A DNA stretch of 64,000 nt from the human T2T-CHM13v2.0 reference genome, Homo sapiens, in assembly GCF_009914755.1 (NCBI RefSeq), contig NC_060931.1; one strand, given 5' to 3'. Positions within the stretch are counted from its first letter, which is position 1; every line of letters starts with the position of its first letter. The position numbers and the translations under genes are program-made. This document shows positions 1 through 27,239 of this stretch, in pieces. Under the pieces are notes generated by a model that made no database searches, was not told the origin of the DNA, and saw only the letters and a list, made by a program, of their open reading frames with translations.

Positions 1-1026
1 AATAAAGCATGACAGAACATTAATAAGGCAACAAAGGACTTGAAAGCAATGTAAAACAATTACACCTCAAAGTCATATATGGAACGCACCACACAACAGC
101 AGAATCCACAATCTTTTCAATAGCTCATAAGAAAATTCTCCTGGATACAAACCTATTATCTCACAAAACAAGTCTTAATCCATTTTTTAAACTTGAATCT
201 TACACACTGTTATTTTTGGCCAGAATTAAATGAAACTAAAAATCACTAACAGAAGGAAAACCAAAAAAATTCACAAAATATGAAAATTAAACAATATACT
301 CTTAAGCATGTTCTTGTTCAAAGGTTGGAAGATTGAATACTGTGAAGATGGCCATGCTGACCAAAGTGATCTATCTACACATTCAATACAATCCCTTTCA
401 AATTCCAAATTTCACTTCTCCAAAAATAGGAAAACAACCCCCAAATCATATGGAATATCAAGAAACCACAAAGAGCCTGATTATTTAAAAAAGAAAAACA
501 ATATTGGCAGCATCACGCTTTTTGGTTTCAAAATACAAAATGAAGGTAGGGTAATCAAAGGAAAGCACTTTGGTACTGGTATAAAAATAAAACCCTACAC
601 CAACAAAACAGAATGCAGAACAGATAAAAACTGTCACATGTATGGTCATATGAGTTATTAACACCATTTATTGTGGCATTATTCACAAAAGCCAATAGGT
701 AAAAGCAATCCAAACTTCCCTCACCAAATAAATAGATAAATATAATTTGGAATATAAGAATAATGGAATATTACTAAGCAAAAAAAAAAAAAAAAAAAAC
801 AAGAAATCTTCTAACATCTACCATAAACAAAAATCTTGATAACATTATGTTAAATTTAATAAGCCAGCCAAAAAAAGACAAATTCTATATGAGTACATTT
901 ATATGTGATATCTAAAGTAGTTACACTATTAAAAAGGGAAAATAAGATAATGTTTGGAAAGGGCCAGGCAATGGGAAATAGGATTCATGTGGACTGTGTA
1001 TAGTTTCACAAGATACAAACATTCTA
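1..1026 (+). mobile_element. Old L1 (L1M) fragments: ORF2 endonuclease region, ORF2 3' part and 3' UTR, internally deleted
   Basis: L1-like runs such as cacaaaacaagtcttaat, attcaatacaatccctttcaaattcca and taatggaatattact; ORF 308-661 is decayed ORF2. Confidence 0.8.
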
Positions 1027-1320
1027 GACTGGGCAAGGTGGCTCACGCCTGTAATCCCAGCACTTTGGGAGGCCAAGGCAGGCACATCACATGAGTTTGG
1101 GAATTCAAGACCAACCTACCCAACATGGTGAAACCCTGTCTCTACTAAAAATACAAAAACTAACCAGGCATGGTGGCATGATCCTGTAATCCCAGCTACT
1201 CAGTAGCCTGAGCCAGGAGAATTGCTAGAACCTGGGAGATGGAGGTTTGCAGTGAGCCAAGATTGGGCCACTGAACTCCAGCCTGGGTGACAGAGTGAGA
1301 CTCTGTCTCAATGAAATAAC
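1027..1320 (+). mobile_element. Alu (AluS-like)
   Basis: Full dimer from ctgggcaaggtggctcacgcc to gactctgtctcaa. Confidence 0.95.
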
Positions 1321-1989
1321 ATACAAATAGAAAACTTTATACAGATATGTGGCTAACAGTGTCAATATATGTAACATAACCTGAACTACATAATTTGAAG
1401 TATTTAAGATTGTGCATTTTGGTGTGTATTTTTCACAAATAAAAATAAACTTACAATAGATAGAGTTACGAAGCTTTTCAAAACTTACCTCCAAATCACA
1501 AAATGTTTCTCTCACACCAAGATCATACATATTCACCAATAAACAGATGTGGAAATTAAGACAATTTCCATGACTATTCACTGACACAAGAGAAAATAAC
1601 CATCTATCACCAACCAAAATAACAATTATATTTTTAAAGTGTGAGTAATATTTATACAGGCAAACAAACACAAAGATAATTATAGTGGTAATAGATGTAT
1701 GGCTGATTCATATTTGACTTTTGCTGTACCCTGGCTTAAAATGTATGAAGTTGAATATTGTCATAAAGAATTATAATATATAAATTAAAACAAAAATACA
1801 ATTCACTAAAATGAGGTAGCCTAGCCTAAACCATGAGATATTGACATATAAAATTGCAAAACAAAAATTTAAAAACACATTAACCCAAAAAGTCTTGAAT
1901 AAACATAGTTCACTATGGAACCCTTCTAGATACCTACAATGTTCAACTATGACTGGGCATCCATAAAGAGCAAACATTTGATTTTATTA

Positions 1990-2540
1990 AAACTTCAACT
2001 TGTAGGTTCAAGGGTTACATGTGCAGATTTGTTACATGGGTGTATTGCGTGATGTTGAGGTTTAGGGTAGGATTGATCCCATCAGCCAAGCAGTGAGCAT
2101 AGTACCCAACAGGTAGTTTCTCAACCCTTGGCCCACTCCCCGCCCAACCCAGTGGTCTCCAGTGTCTGCTGTTCCCATCTTTATGTGGCATAATCACAAC
2201 TTACTGCAGCCTTGACCTCCCAGGTTCAAGCAATTCTCCTGCCTCAGCCTCCTGAGTAGCCAGGACTACAGGCACGCACTACCACATACAGCTAATTTTT
2301 GTATTTTTAGTACAGACAGGGTTTCAATACATTGTCCAGGTTTGACTCGAACTCCCGGGCTCAAGCAATCCACTTGCCTCAACCTCAAAAAGTGCTGGGA
2401 TTACAGGTGTGAGCCACTGTGCCTGGTCAATTTTGTTCTTTTTGTTATGGCTGCATAGTATTCCATGGTATACATGGACCACATTTTCTTTATGCAATCC
2501 ACCATTTATGGGCACCTAGCTTGATTCTGTCTTTGCTATT
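1990..2540 (-). mobile_element. L1PA15/16-like 3' end interrupted by a minus-strand AluJ (~2186-2429)
   Basis: acatgtgcagatttgttacatgggt...gagcatagtacccaacaggtag and atggctgcatagtattccatgg match the L1P 3' UTR. Confidence 0.8.
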
Positions 2541-2965
2541 GAAGAGCATAAATTTTGAATCATGAGTATAAAGTGAGAGCAATAAATTTCACAGAAAATG
2601 CATATTAAAAGCTTTGATGAGAAAATTTTAAGAAACAAGCATTTTCTTATTCCTTCTGTACTGTTATTAATATATTGTATTATGTTATTAATATATTGCG
2701 TATTATGAGAAATGCTTCTGAGAAAGTTCTGTATTATGTTATTAGTATATTGCTGCTCTTCATATACAAAATGTAAAAGGTATAATCTGGCTTTTAGAAG
2801 CAAAGCCAGATTCCAGCTTATAAATATCTAAATATAATGCTTAAAATATATTTATAAATGATAAATATAATGGTAAACATTGATGTATAAAGTGAACAGC
2901 TAGGGATAAATTATCCTATCATTAAGATAAATGTTAAGAAAATGGATGAAAATGCTAATGATAAC

Positions 2966-3472
2966 TTTTTTTTTTTGAGACAGAATCTTGCTCTCTCACC
3001 CAGGCTGGAGTGAAGTGGCACAGTCTTGGCTCACTGCAGCCTCTGCCTCCTGGGCTAAAGTGATTCTCCTGCCTCAGCCTCCCAAGTAGCTGGGACTATA
3101 GGCATGTGACACCACATCCAGTTAATTTTTGTAATTTTAGTAGAGACAGGGTTTCACCATGTTGGCCAGGCTGGTCTCCAACTCCTGACCTCATGATCTG
3201 CCCACCTTGGCCTCCCAACATGCTGGGATTATAGGCATGAGCCACTGCATTTTCATTAGCGAGGCTCATGCCTATAATCCCAGCACTTTGGGAGGTCAAG
3301 GTGGATGGATCACCTGAGGTCAGGAGTTTGAGACCAACATGGCCAACATGGTGAAATCCCGTCTCTACAAAAATACAAAAATTAGCTAGGCACGAAGGCG
3401 GGTGCCTGTAGTCCCAGCTACTCAAAAAGCTGAGGCAGGAGAATCACTTGAACCCGGGAGGCATGCACCTCG
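2966..3472 (-). mobile_element. Alu (minus) carrying an inverted partial Alu (3263-3463, plus) near its head
   Basis: TSD gctaatga(t/c)aacttttt at 2954-2970 and 3472-3488. Confidence 0.9.
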
Positions 3473-3662
3473 CTAATGACAACTTTTTACAAAGAGTAAA
3501 CTTAAACATAGAAACCAAACATTTAAATAAAAGTGGAGTGCCTCCTAATTATCTAATTTTCTTTTTATATAACAAAATCAAGCATGTTATTTCAGAACTT
3601 TGAAACTAAAATTACAGGCAAATTTGGCATGTGATCAATCAGAAAGTAAAAACACCTAGGAT

Positions 3663-4494
3663 ACAGTCCTGGTAATTTCTATGCTAAAGACAGAATTCTA
3701 AGATGATAGTTAATAAGAAGTAGGTAACAATTTAAAATTTGCTACATGCTGGGCAGTGTTCTAAGTTTCTCTATGATATTTGTGTTTTTAAAGTTTTTAT
3801 GAGGTGAGTAGATACAATAAACTATTCTACAGTAGAGGAATTTGACATACAGAGTTTAGATTTGTAAACTTAGCTCCTGCTAAGAAAAAGAAAATCTTAA
3901 AGTAAAACAGATTTTTTTCATATTTAATGAGATGCTTTATGCTCTGATGGAATTTCTCAGTCTCATTTTCTGTAGGATCATGTATGAAACCTCCATGGGA
4001 CTAGAAATTATAAAGCAAAAAACATATGACATCTGTTTGTGGTGTGTCTGGAATTTCTGAACCAAATCCCAATGTCTCCAGGACTCCCATCACAGACTTC
4101 TGACATAAGGCACAAACAGATCTTTAAAAATAGCCTACCATAGAGGTCTCCAAAAATGTGCACAAATTTATCCAGAATCCTCAAAGCAATGGACGAGCAG
4201 TCAGATCACACAGGTCCCCCACAGCATAAAGGGAAGAGTTCAGCTCTTACTGTGAATGCACTGGTAGATCACTGATGGACAGGAGAAGTCTTAGAGAATT
4301 TAAAAGCATAATAAGCATAGTGCAGGAAATTGCCCTCTGTGACAGTAAAAAAAGAAATCTAGGCTTGTCAAAAAAAAAAAAAAACAATTCCGTTGAAGCA
4401 GAGCTTGCAAAACCACATTTTGAACTCTGGTTTCCTCTTTGACCTTTGGGCCTCTCACATGTGTTATCTCCTCTGCTCATACGTTCCCGCCAAT
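3663..4494 (-). other. KRAB-ZNF (ZNF91-like family) intron segment following the KRAB-B exon, copy 1, including a MIR remnant
   Basis: Minus strand reads ...gagaggcccaaaggtcaaagaggaaaccagagttcaaaatgtgg..., like the post-KRAB-B intron of ZNF91-type genes; collinear with 10293-11034. Confidence 0.7.
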
Positions 4495-4554
4495 CTGGGT
4501 GTACAGCTATTGTCTTCTCCCTTTTACATTCCAGGGATACTTCCTTTGCTGCAT
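4495..4554 (-). pseudogene. Truncated, frameshifted KRAB-B exon of a C2H2 zinc-finger pseudogene
   Basis: Reverse complement translates as QQRKYPWNVK, frameshift, EKTIAVHP (cf. KRAB-B LEQRKEPWNVKRHETVAKHP); ends in CCAG but the donor is ATTGG rather than GT. Confidence 0.8.
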
Positions 4555-4699
4555 GCTTAAAGGCTGTTCATCACATCCCTTCTTCTTTCCCAGAATAGCA
4601 ATTAGGTCCAGGAAAAAACAAACAACTCCCAGAGTCTCCCTCAGGAGTGACCTAGAAGAGTGAAACACACATTCAAAGTTTTGGCATTTTAAAGAACTG

Positions 4700-6853
4700 T
4701 CTGGTGACTACATTCTGTCCCCCCTAACATGGATTGCTAAAGGAAATGATGGGGTAATAGGATAACAGCTTGTAGCTGTTGAGAAGAAAAGTGGAAGCTT
4801 ATTACAACACTAGAGAAATTTCAGTGCCACAGTCAACCAGGGAAGCAAAAGACTACAGATCTGGAAATGAAATGAGGAAAAATCTCTTTAACTTAGAAAA
4901 TACACACACAAGTCCAGAGAAGATACATCTGGGAACATGTTTCTGAAGCCCCCAGAATCTATAGCCTGATTGACTGCTGTCAGTACACCCCTGTGGTAGG
5001 CCTAGCTTTAAATACTACTTAGATGGCTGCTTATAAATTTCCAAATCTCATCAAAGGACTCAGGACATAAAGAGAAGGCAGGAAACATGCTCCTCTTGAA
5101 GGACCAAAACTTTGCACTATCTGACAAAGACTTCAAAATAATTATATTAAATATGCTCAATAAGCAAAATTAGAACATAGACGAACAAAATAAAGATGCA
5201 AAAGAAATGAGATAACAACAAAGAGCTAAAAACTATGAAAAAAAACCCAATTGAAATTGTGGAGCTGAAGAATAAAACAATAGTTGAAAAATTTACTAGA
5301 GTCAAAACAGCAGACTTAATAAAGCAGAAAAAAGAATCAGAAAGATGTATCATTTATCAATATTAAGCTGTAGAAATAAACTTTTAATAAATGGAGAAAC
5401 GTGAAGATAGAATGTGGGACTTATTGGAGGAAACATGGTAGAGGGGTTATTTGAAGAAAAAAGGGACTAAGAACTCCCAAAATCTCAAAGTGATTAAAAA
5501 TAAAATACTATCAAACAAAAGTACTTGATCTGGGAAAAATGTACTTCAAAAATAAAACATAAAGACTTTCTAAAATACAAAAGTTGAAGGTGTCTGCCAC
5601 CTCTAGAACACACCTAGAAGAAATGATACAGGGAGTCCATTATATTGACAGACATTCTGGCTCACACCTGTAATCCCAGCTACTTGGTAGTCTGAGGCAC
5701 AAGGATCACTTCATGCCAGGAGTTTGAGACCAGCCTGGGTAATTATAGTGAGACCATGTCTCAAAAAAATAGCCTTTATAACAATTTTGAGATTCAGAAA
5801 GAAGGTGGTGAACCCTGTTCAAGCCTAAGACCAATGGGAGTCATTTCAAGAAGACTGACTCTCATTTAGGTGGCAAAGTTGAGGACCTCTGGCTTTGGCT
5901 ACACACCAGGTCCACTCAACTTGATCCCACTTACAATTCAAAAGTGACTCTACCCATCTCCAACTCCTCCCAGCCATGGTCCAGAAGTTGTTCTGCCCAT
6001 CCAGAGACCTGGGAAGAGATGCCCATTCATGCCCAGAGAGGCGGGCACTTCAGTTGTACTCAGTTTCAGCCCTTGTAAGCCACAGTCTATGGCCAGTTCT
6101 GTCCACCTAAGGACCCATACAGTGACCTGGGGAAATCCTGCCAGGTACTAAGTGGGAGCCATACTGATCCACAAACCTGGTATTAGGCCCACCATAGGGA
6201 GACCCGACTGTAGAACCGTGCCCTAGTGCCAGCCCTAGAGATCAAAGTCCTGAAGGCAATTCAGCCTGCTCAGGAGTAAGACAAGATTAATAACCACCCA
6301 GGCTACTGGTACCAAACCCATTAAAGCCAGACCCAAACAGAAGCCTTATGATTATGACCCACTTACCACCCATCTCCACTGCAAGCCCAAAAGGGGTCCC
6401 ATCAGCCTCAGGACCCCACAAGAGAAGAGCTTTACCTGTTGACACCAGTTTATAACAATTGGAAGAGGTGTTTGCTCCTTCAGATTCGCAGATACCCATA
6501 TAAGGCTGCATTTTGTCCATTTTTAATGCTTCTATTTTTACACACTACTGGAAATCCCAGACAGAACAATTAGGCTAGAACACTTTCTTAAAGCCATCTA
6601 CATTGAAAAGAAGTAAAAATGTTGCTGTTTGTAGATGACATGATCTTGTATTAGAAAACCATAAACAATATACCAAAATAGTGTTTCAGAAAATAAGCAC
6701 ACTCAGTAAATTCGCAGAATATAAAATTAACATACAATTATCAGCGGTGTTTTCATACACTAATAGAAAACTATTAAATAAAAAGAGAAAAACTCAGTTA
6801 CAATAGCAACAAAATCATAAACTTTTAGGAGTAACTTTAAGGCAAATTATTTT
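4700..6853 (+). mobile_element. L1M 5' UTR, ORF1 and ORF2 fragments, with an Alu monomer at ~5658-5770
   Basis: tctgacaaagacttcaaaataattatattaaatatgctcaa (ORF1-like); tgtttgtagatgacatgatcttgta (RT FADD region). Confidence 0.7.
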
Positions 6854-8041
6854 CTTTGGACCAATCTGTATGTATTTATTCACACATTTGATTAAACTGT
6901 CACAGTTGATACAATGACATAAGTAACTCCACAGACAGACCCCCAAGTTCAGAGTCCAATTGCCATAAGTCAGAACATGGGGCAACCGCAATGCCTTAGC
7001 ACCTATGCATGCACTCACACTCACTCTTGCATTCTCTCTCTCTCATGCACTTCCATCCACACCCCAACGATCACAGGTGCTAATTTCAGAAGTAATCCGC
7101 TTCTGTCAGGTCTTGGGGAGAAGACAGAAGAGATGAATGAAAAGCAGCTGTGACTGCTCAATGCATCTCTCTGCTCTGCCAACAATGAGTCAGAGAAGGC
7201 AAGACATAGACATGGGGGCAGCTATTTCCTTGGCACAAAAGTGAACAGACACCAAGAAGGTCAAGGAAGGGTTTAAGTGAGTCTCAGGTTTAAGTCAGTC
7301 TCGGGTTTAAGTCACTTTTCAGTACCACAAAAGGGTAGCAAGCAGGATAAAAAGGAAAACTCTAGCCATCAAGATTCCAGAAACAGGGAGAGAGGAGGAT
7401 TTAAAACTTGATCCCTATTGTCTCAACAGATTGCAACTTGACCATAAGCAAAACCAGCTGGGTCAAACTGAGAGCATCTAATTGTGACTTTTCCCAAACA
7501 GCATAGTTTGCTTTTATTCTGGCTCTGAAGAGAGGAAGAAAAACTTTTTGGAGGAACCTGATGGTCACATAAACCACATCCCCAGTATATTAGTATTTGC
7601 TGCAAGATTACATCTGTGTTCACACAGCTTGTCTATAGATCTGAGAGCTCCAAGAGAGTGGCCCAGCCCCCATTCCTCTGCCTTTAACCTTCTGAAAAGA
7701 ACAAGTCAAACCTGAAATGTGACAAATGCCTGAATCAAACTGATGTTTTCTATAAAATGGGACTGTGTATGAATCCTCCTCAACTCCTCCTTTTTGACAC
7801 AAAAGTTAAAGCATTTTTAAACTAAATTTAAATGTGATGTTTTGAGCATCAAAAAGCTACTAACTAAAAGGATTAGTTTCCCAATGCTCTTGGTAAACGG
7901 GAAAAGTTAGGAAGGAGGCAATGATCTAATGAATATAGAACTTGCCAGTTCAAAGTAAACTGCTTTGGATAAGGTGAATCAATGGGTAGTGGGTACTGGG
8001 CAGGCAGAGAGAGAAATTTCTTGGTACAAACCTCATGTCCC
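6847..8041 (-). pseudogene. Retroposed 3' UTR-like transcript fragment (processed retrocopy, parent unidentified) inside L1 ORF2
   Basis: Minus-strand AATAAA (6875-6880) ~17 nt before a decayed A tail; flanking repeats aaggcaaa(tt/ag)atttt at 6839-6853 and 8042-8056; L1 continues on both sides. Confidence 0.65.
7269..7315. repeat. 17-bp tandem repeat, about 2.8 copies
   Basis: gggtttaagtgagtctc / aggtttaagtcagtctc / gggtttaagtcac. Confidence 0.85.
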
Positions 8042-10180
<2,139 letters not shown>

Positions 10181-10188
10181 TCCACATT

Positions 10189-10290
10189 ACACACACAGAT
10201 ACACATATACACATGTAAATGCATATATACATATACATACACACACATACATATATATGCATATGTGTATATATATAAATGTATTTATAT
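10189..10290. repeat. (CA/TA)n compound microsatellite at the L1 tail
   Basis: Runs of acacac and atatat. Confidence 0.85.
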
Positions 10291-10292
10291 GA

Positions 10293-11027
10293 CAGTCCTG
10301 GTAAATTTGATACCAAACAGGAGAAAATTATAAAATGACAGTTATTTAAAAAGAAAGTAACAAGTGGGAGTTTAATATATGCTCAGCAATGTTTTAAGCT
10401 CCCCAGTAACAGAGTATATTTGAGAAATGTATGAAGAAGATACATTGAACTGTATTGCAGTTGAAGAATTTGGGCATACAGAGTTTAAATTACCAATTTC
10501 AGTTTACACTAAAAACATTTGTAATATTATTTTGAAGTAAAATAGCATTAGACTTTCAAATATTTAGGGAGATGCTTTGTGTTCTAATAAAAATTACTAA
10601 GTATGAATTTCTGCAAAATCACATTTGAAACCTCCACTGGATAGGAAATCATAAAGCGGAAAACACACAACATCTGTCTGTGGTGTTTCTGGAATTGATG
10701 AACCCATCCCAATTCAGCACTACTCTCACACATTTCAGACATGGTGCAAACAGAGAAATGAAAAAATGGTTTAACATATAATTTCTCAGTAATATGCAGA
10801 TATTTCTGTCCTCAAAAGCAATGGAAAAGCAGTGAAATCACACCATCTCTTACAGGCCATGGAGAAGACTTATTGTCACTGTAAACTCAAAGAACATTAC
10901 TGAAGGGGAAGTAGATTACTTAGAGAATTCAAGAGCATGAAATAGATGTTCCCACGCGAAAGCAAGAGAAACAAACCCAGGCTTCTCAAAAACTACTTCC
11001 ATTGGAGCAGAGCTTCTCAGACCACAT

Positions 11028-11034
<7 letters not shown>
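10293..11034 (-). other. KRAB-ZNF intron segment, diverged copy 2
   Basis: Collinear blocks shared with 3663-4425: acagtcctggtaa, catacagagttta, tgaaacctcca, acatctgt.tgtggtgt.tctggaatt, ttagagaatt, agcagagctt, accacattt. Confidence 0.75.
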
Positions 11035-11460
<426 letters not shown>

Positions 11461-11489
11461 AAATAATATATTAAAATTATTTTGAATTA

Positions 11490-12690
<1,201 letters not shown>

Positions 12691-12758
12691 TGCTATCAGA
12701 TCACCATAGAAGCTGCGGGTACAACTGATAGTGCAGAACTTAATTATTAATCAATTTA

Positions 12759-13070
<312 letters not shown>

Positions 13071-13399
13071 AAGATTGAATGCTGTGTACTTCCAGGATAA
13101 TTCTGGAAACATCCTCAGCCCTACAAGACATGCACAAGCAAACTAATGCTATGTCTGATCCCACAGTGTCTTTAAATCAATGGCTCGCCTCATGATTCGT
13201 ATCCAGCCCCTTCTGATGGAAAAAGTTGCTCATGATTACAGGGATAGGATTATTCTTCTGCTGTGGACTGTATTGCTGTTACACACTCCCCATGATGCTC
13301 CAGCGGATCTCTTCTCTAAGTCCAGGGACTCTTGAGCACTTTCAACCCCGGGTGGATAGGTTCATTCCGCGGCCCCCTGACTATGCCCCTTTTCAATAG
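13071..13399 (+). pseudogene. Degenerate ERV1 env transmembrane-subunit C-terminus
   Basis: KIECC, frameshift, YFQDNSGNI, frameshift, then [53 protein letters not shown]...PFQ* (13115-13399 in one frame); followed by a purine tract and an LTR. Confidence 0.75.
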
Positions 13400-13467
13400 G
13401 AAGTAGCCAGAATGAACCACTTGCCCGTTTTCCATAGAGACAGAATGAAACTTGACAGTGGGGAGTT

Positions 13468-14312
<845 letters not shown>

Positions 14313-14623
14313 TGGCCACATCATTACCTACGTATGCGTGTGTGCGAGTGGGCAGAATTATATGGTGACATCTGAATGGGGGAGGGATATGCCCTCAGAA
14401 CTTATTCCCTCTGTGTCTCCAGTCCTCACTGACCCTGGGAGAGACATGAGATCACAGGACAATTTACAATGTGACAGCCTGTGTGCAGGAGAACAGAGCC
14501 TTGATTCTTGAAGACACTTGGAGTCTCCCTCCAGCCCAGGGCCTGCCTGACCCATGCTGGGTGATTCACAGGCATCCATGTGTCCTTGACTCCTCTCATA
14601 TCATTCACTGGAGACACTCAACC

Positions 14624-14853
14624 CTTGGCTCACTACAACCTCCACCTCCCGGGTTCAAGTGATTCTCCTGCCTCAGCCTCCCGAGTAGCTGGGATTTCAG
14701 GTGTGCGCCACCACACCTGGTTAATTTTTGTATTTTTAGTAGGCACAGGGTTTCACCATGTTGGGCCAGGCTGGTCTTGAACTCCTGACCTCAGATGATC
14801 TGCCTGCCTTGGCCTCCCAAAGTGTTGGGATTACAGGTGAGTCACCGTGCCCA
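14624..14853 (-). mobile_element. Partial Alu
   Basis: Alu consensus match without a tail. Confidence 0.9.
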
Positions 14854-15411
14854 GTGAATAGTGCATTATATGGTAAAATAAAATAACTATTTTTAAAAAG
14901 GCAAACAAATGAAAATCTTCCCTACTGTGGTCTCACTTCCCCAAATAACCATGAGGGACACATTTCTGTATCCTTCTGAAATGGCTCCATGACTTTTCCA
15001 CGCATGCCATCCTTAATAAAAGAGCTCACTCTTAACCCAATCTGCAATCTCAGTTCCTGAGGTTCTAGGCAACCTCATCTTCCTCTTCCGCTGAAGGCAA
15101 ACCTCAAGAAGAGTTTTCCTCTCAGAGCATAAACCAACAGAAACCGAGGCGTGCTTCATTGTACTGGTGTGTGTGGAGAGAAGGCTGCCCAAGCATCCAG
15201 GTTATGCCCATGCATAGCAGAATTTGCAAGCAGAAACCAGCCCCCAAATAGCTATTTCCTGAATGAGTCTCTGCCCATGCTGAGCCGTGTTGTTCATCTG
15301 CCTCCTCCACTGAGCCTGGCAGCTCATAGTTGGAGTATTTATGCCCAAGTGGGCATTCCAGGACAGTGTTCTCCCCCTACACCCGCACTTCCGTACTGGG
15401 GACACAAAATC

Positions 15412-16582
<1,171 letters not shown>

Positions 16583-16586
16583 TTTC

Positions 16587-16604
16587 TGGTGTGGTGAGCA
16601 GGAC
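16587..16604 (+). other. Retroviral primer-binding site, tRNA-Ser-like
   Basis: TGGTGTGGTGAGCAGGAC versus recalled tRNA-Ser(CGA) complement TGGCGCTGTGAGCAGGAT (14/18). Confidence 0.6.
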
Positions 16605-19521
<2,917 letters not shown>

Positions 19522-19539
19522 AAGACAGAAAGAAAACAA

Positions 19540-19761
19540 AACCTTCCAAGTGTAGTTAGCTCCTACCCTGCCACACTGCACTATTTTACAACCAAAGTCC
19601 TCCAAATAATTGTCTGCAATCACTGTTTGTCTAACATGCACTATTCCATCTACTACAATTTAAGTTTTTGTTTCCACCACTACCTTGAAACTATTCAAGA
19701 TTCACCAACCCAACGTAGTCGCCATTGCCAAATTCAATGGAATTCCAGAATCATCTTTAAA

Positions 19762-19806
<45 letters not shown>

Positions 19807-21060
19807 TATATATACACACATTTTTTTTTTGGAGACAAAGTTTATTGCCCAGGCTAGAGTTCAGTGGCAGGATCACAACTGACTGCACCATCAAATTCCT
19901 GGGTTGGAGCCTCCTCCTGCCTCAGCCTCCAAAGTAGCTGGGAATGCAGGCATGCACCATCATGCCTGGCTAATTTTTAAATTTTTTGTAGAGACAAGGT
20001 CTCATTATGTTGCCCACTCTGGTCGCAAACTCCTGGGCTCCAGGGATCCTCCTGGCTCAGCCTCCCAAAGTGTTGGGATAAAAGGCTGAGCCTCTGCTGC
20101 ACCTGACTAGAATATCTTTTCTTCTGGCTCAGCCTCCCAAAGTGTTGGGATAAAAGGCTGAGCCCCTGCACCTGACTAGAATATCTTTCGATACTATTAC
20201 TCACTTCTTTAGGATTCTCGCTTCAATTCTCCACTGTTTATTTCTCTTACCTTTGCTGGTTCCCATGCCCACCTATAAATGATGGTGTTCCCTTTTGCTC
20301 TCTGTCCAATCTCTCCACTTGTCCACACATTTGGCATCAACCTACACTTATTTGCTGATAACTCCCCTATCAAGACAAGATCTTTCTCCTGAATTCCAAA
20401 CTCAGTCAACCACCAGCTGGATATCTTCACCAGACAAAAGTCAGCCACATCTAGGCTAGGCACAATGGCTCATGCCTGTAATCCCAGCACTTTGGGAGGC
20501 CGAGGCAAATGAATCACCTGAGGTCAGGAGTTCAAGACCAGCCTGGGCAACATGGTGAAACCCCATCTCTACTAATAATACAAAAATGAGCTGGTCATGG
20601 TGGCAGATGCCTATAATTCCAGCTACTCAGGATGGTGAGGCAGGAGAATATCTTGAACATGGGAGGCGGAGGTTGCAGTGAGCCACTGCCCTCCAGCTTG
20701 GGCAACAGAGCAACACTCATTGTCAAAAGAAACAGCAAAACTCAACCATGTCTAAAAGTTATGAGTAACCTCTTCCCCATACCGGCTTTAATCCCAATAC
20801 CCATTTAATAATAACCCACGACTCCTCTCAAAATATCCCTATGTTCAAGACCCAAATTCAGCCACCAACTTCAGCAGTCGATCTACTTAGCACCTCTTCC
20901 AGCCAGCCCGTGTCCTTTACTCATACTCCTTCTGTCTCAGTGCCTTCACTCAACAAATATTTATAGAGTACCTAAAACATGCTCTAGGAATGGTTAAGAA
21001 AATAAAAAAGATACCAGATTTATGGAGATTACACTCTAATGATTGTTCTGACAAACATTT
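19540..21060. mobile_element. L2 fragments interrupted by (TA)n(CA)n (19762-19820), an AluJ (19821-20107 minus) and an Alu (20454-20740 plus)
   Basis: ccattgccaaattcaatgg; atttgctgataactcccct; cactcaacaaatatttat. Confidence 0.65.
20052..20188. repeat. 72-bp-period tandem duplication of an Alu head and its flank
   Basis: ctggctcagcctcccaaagtgttgggataaaaggctgagcc...ctgcacctgactagaatatcttt occurs twice. Confidence 0.95.
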
Positions 21061-21108
21061 TCAGAACCTAATCTTGTATCAACTCACATCCTTACAGAAT
21101 TAGTCTCA

Positions 21109-22705
<1,597 letters not shown>

Positions 22706-23381
22706 TGTAGTTTTAAGGGGCTCCTTCTAATATGAAACTCTCATTCCTTCAGGCTGCATTCTGCACCTGGCTACACATCAACATCACCTGGGGGGTTTTA
22801 GAAACCGCAGCCTCTACATGATTTCCTTAGGTCTGGAGCCTTGCTAAGTGCTATTTCAAGCAGCCTTGCTTCAAGTCCTAGAATGCCCTTGTCATTCGAC
22901 CCTTCCCCCATCCAATAGACCCAAATCATCCATTCATCTCTCAAGAACTGGACAAAGGTGACAGTAAACTATGCATTTCTTAACCAGCTTCAGTTAGATA
23001 AAACTAAGCACCTCTCCCTTTACTATCTCTACACAGCTCTCTGTCAAATCCATTGATTGTACTTACTGATTTGATTGCAATGCTATCCTTTCCTGGACTT
23101 CAAGGACAGATCTTGGTGCTTGTCCCCCAGGCTCAAAATTGTTTTATTTGGGAAACAACTGGAGAAATCTAAGGATGAACTTGGGTAATATAAAGGAATT
23201 GTAATACTGGCATAATCATGTAGAAAACTCTGATCATTAAGAGATTTAACCTTAATGATGACATCTTCCAGTCATTCACACAGAGAAAAAGACTTGTTTT
23301 GTTGAGATAACAAGTATAGTGGCCTTTATTGCATTCTTCTCTCAATTTGTTTCATGTTAAAAAAAAAAAAACTGTCATTTC

Positions 23382-26372
<2,991 letters not shown>

Positions 26373-26454
26373 CAAGTGTTCTTTTTCTAATAATTCTTAA
26401 CTGCACAAATGTCTTATAGACAGACTTACATGAATATTTCACAACCTAAAGTTT

Positions 26455-27125
<671 letters not shown>

Positions 27126-27239
27126 GAGAGACAGAGACAGAGAGAAAGTAAAAAAGAAAGCATTTTAAAAAGATATTAGAAGTAATTACAACCATACAGA
27201 AAAGGACACAGCATTTTTCCTCCCATTTTCAGTTTTGCT

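Noticed and set aside
308-661. 117-aa ORF
   Set aside because: Frameshifted L1 ORF2 remnant with a non-ATG start.
2663-2752. Three interspersed copies of tattatgttattaatatattg-like sequence
   Set aside because: AT-rich slippage duplication; not a CRISPR-like or structured array.
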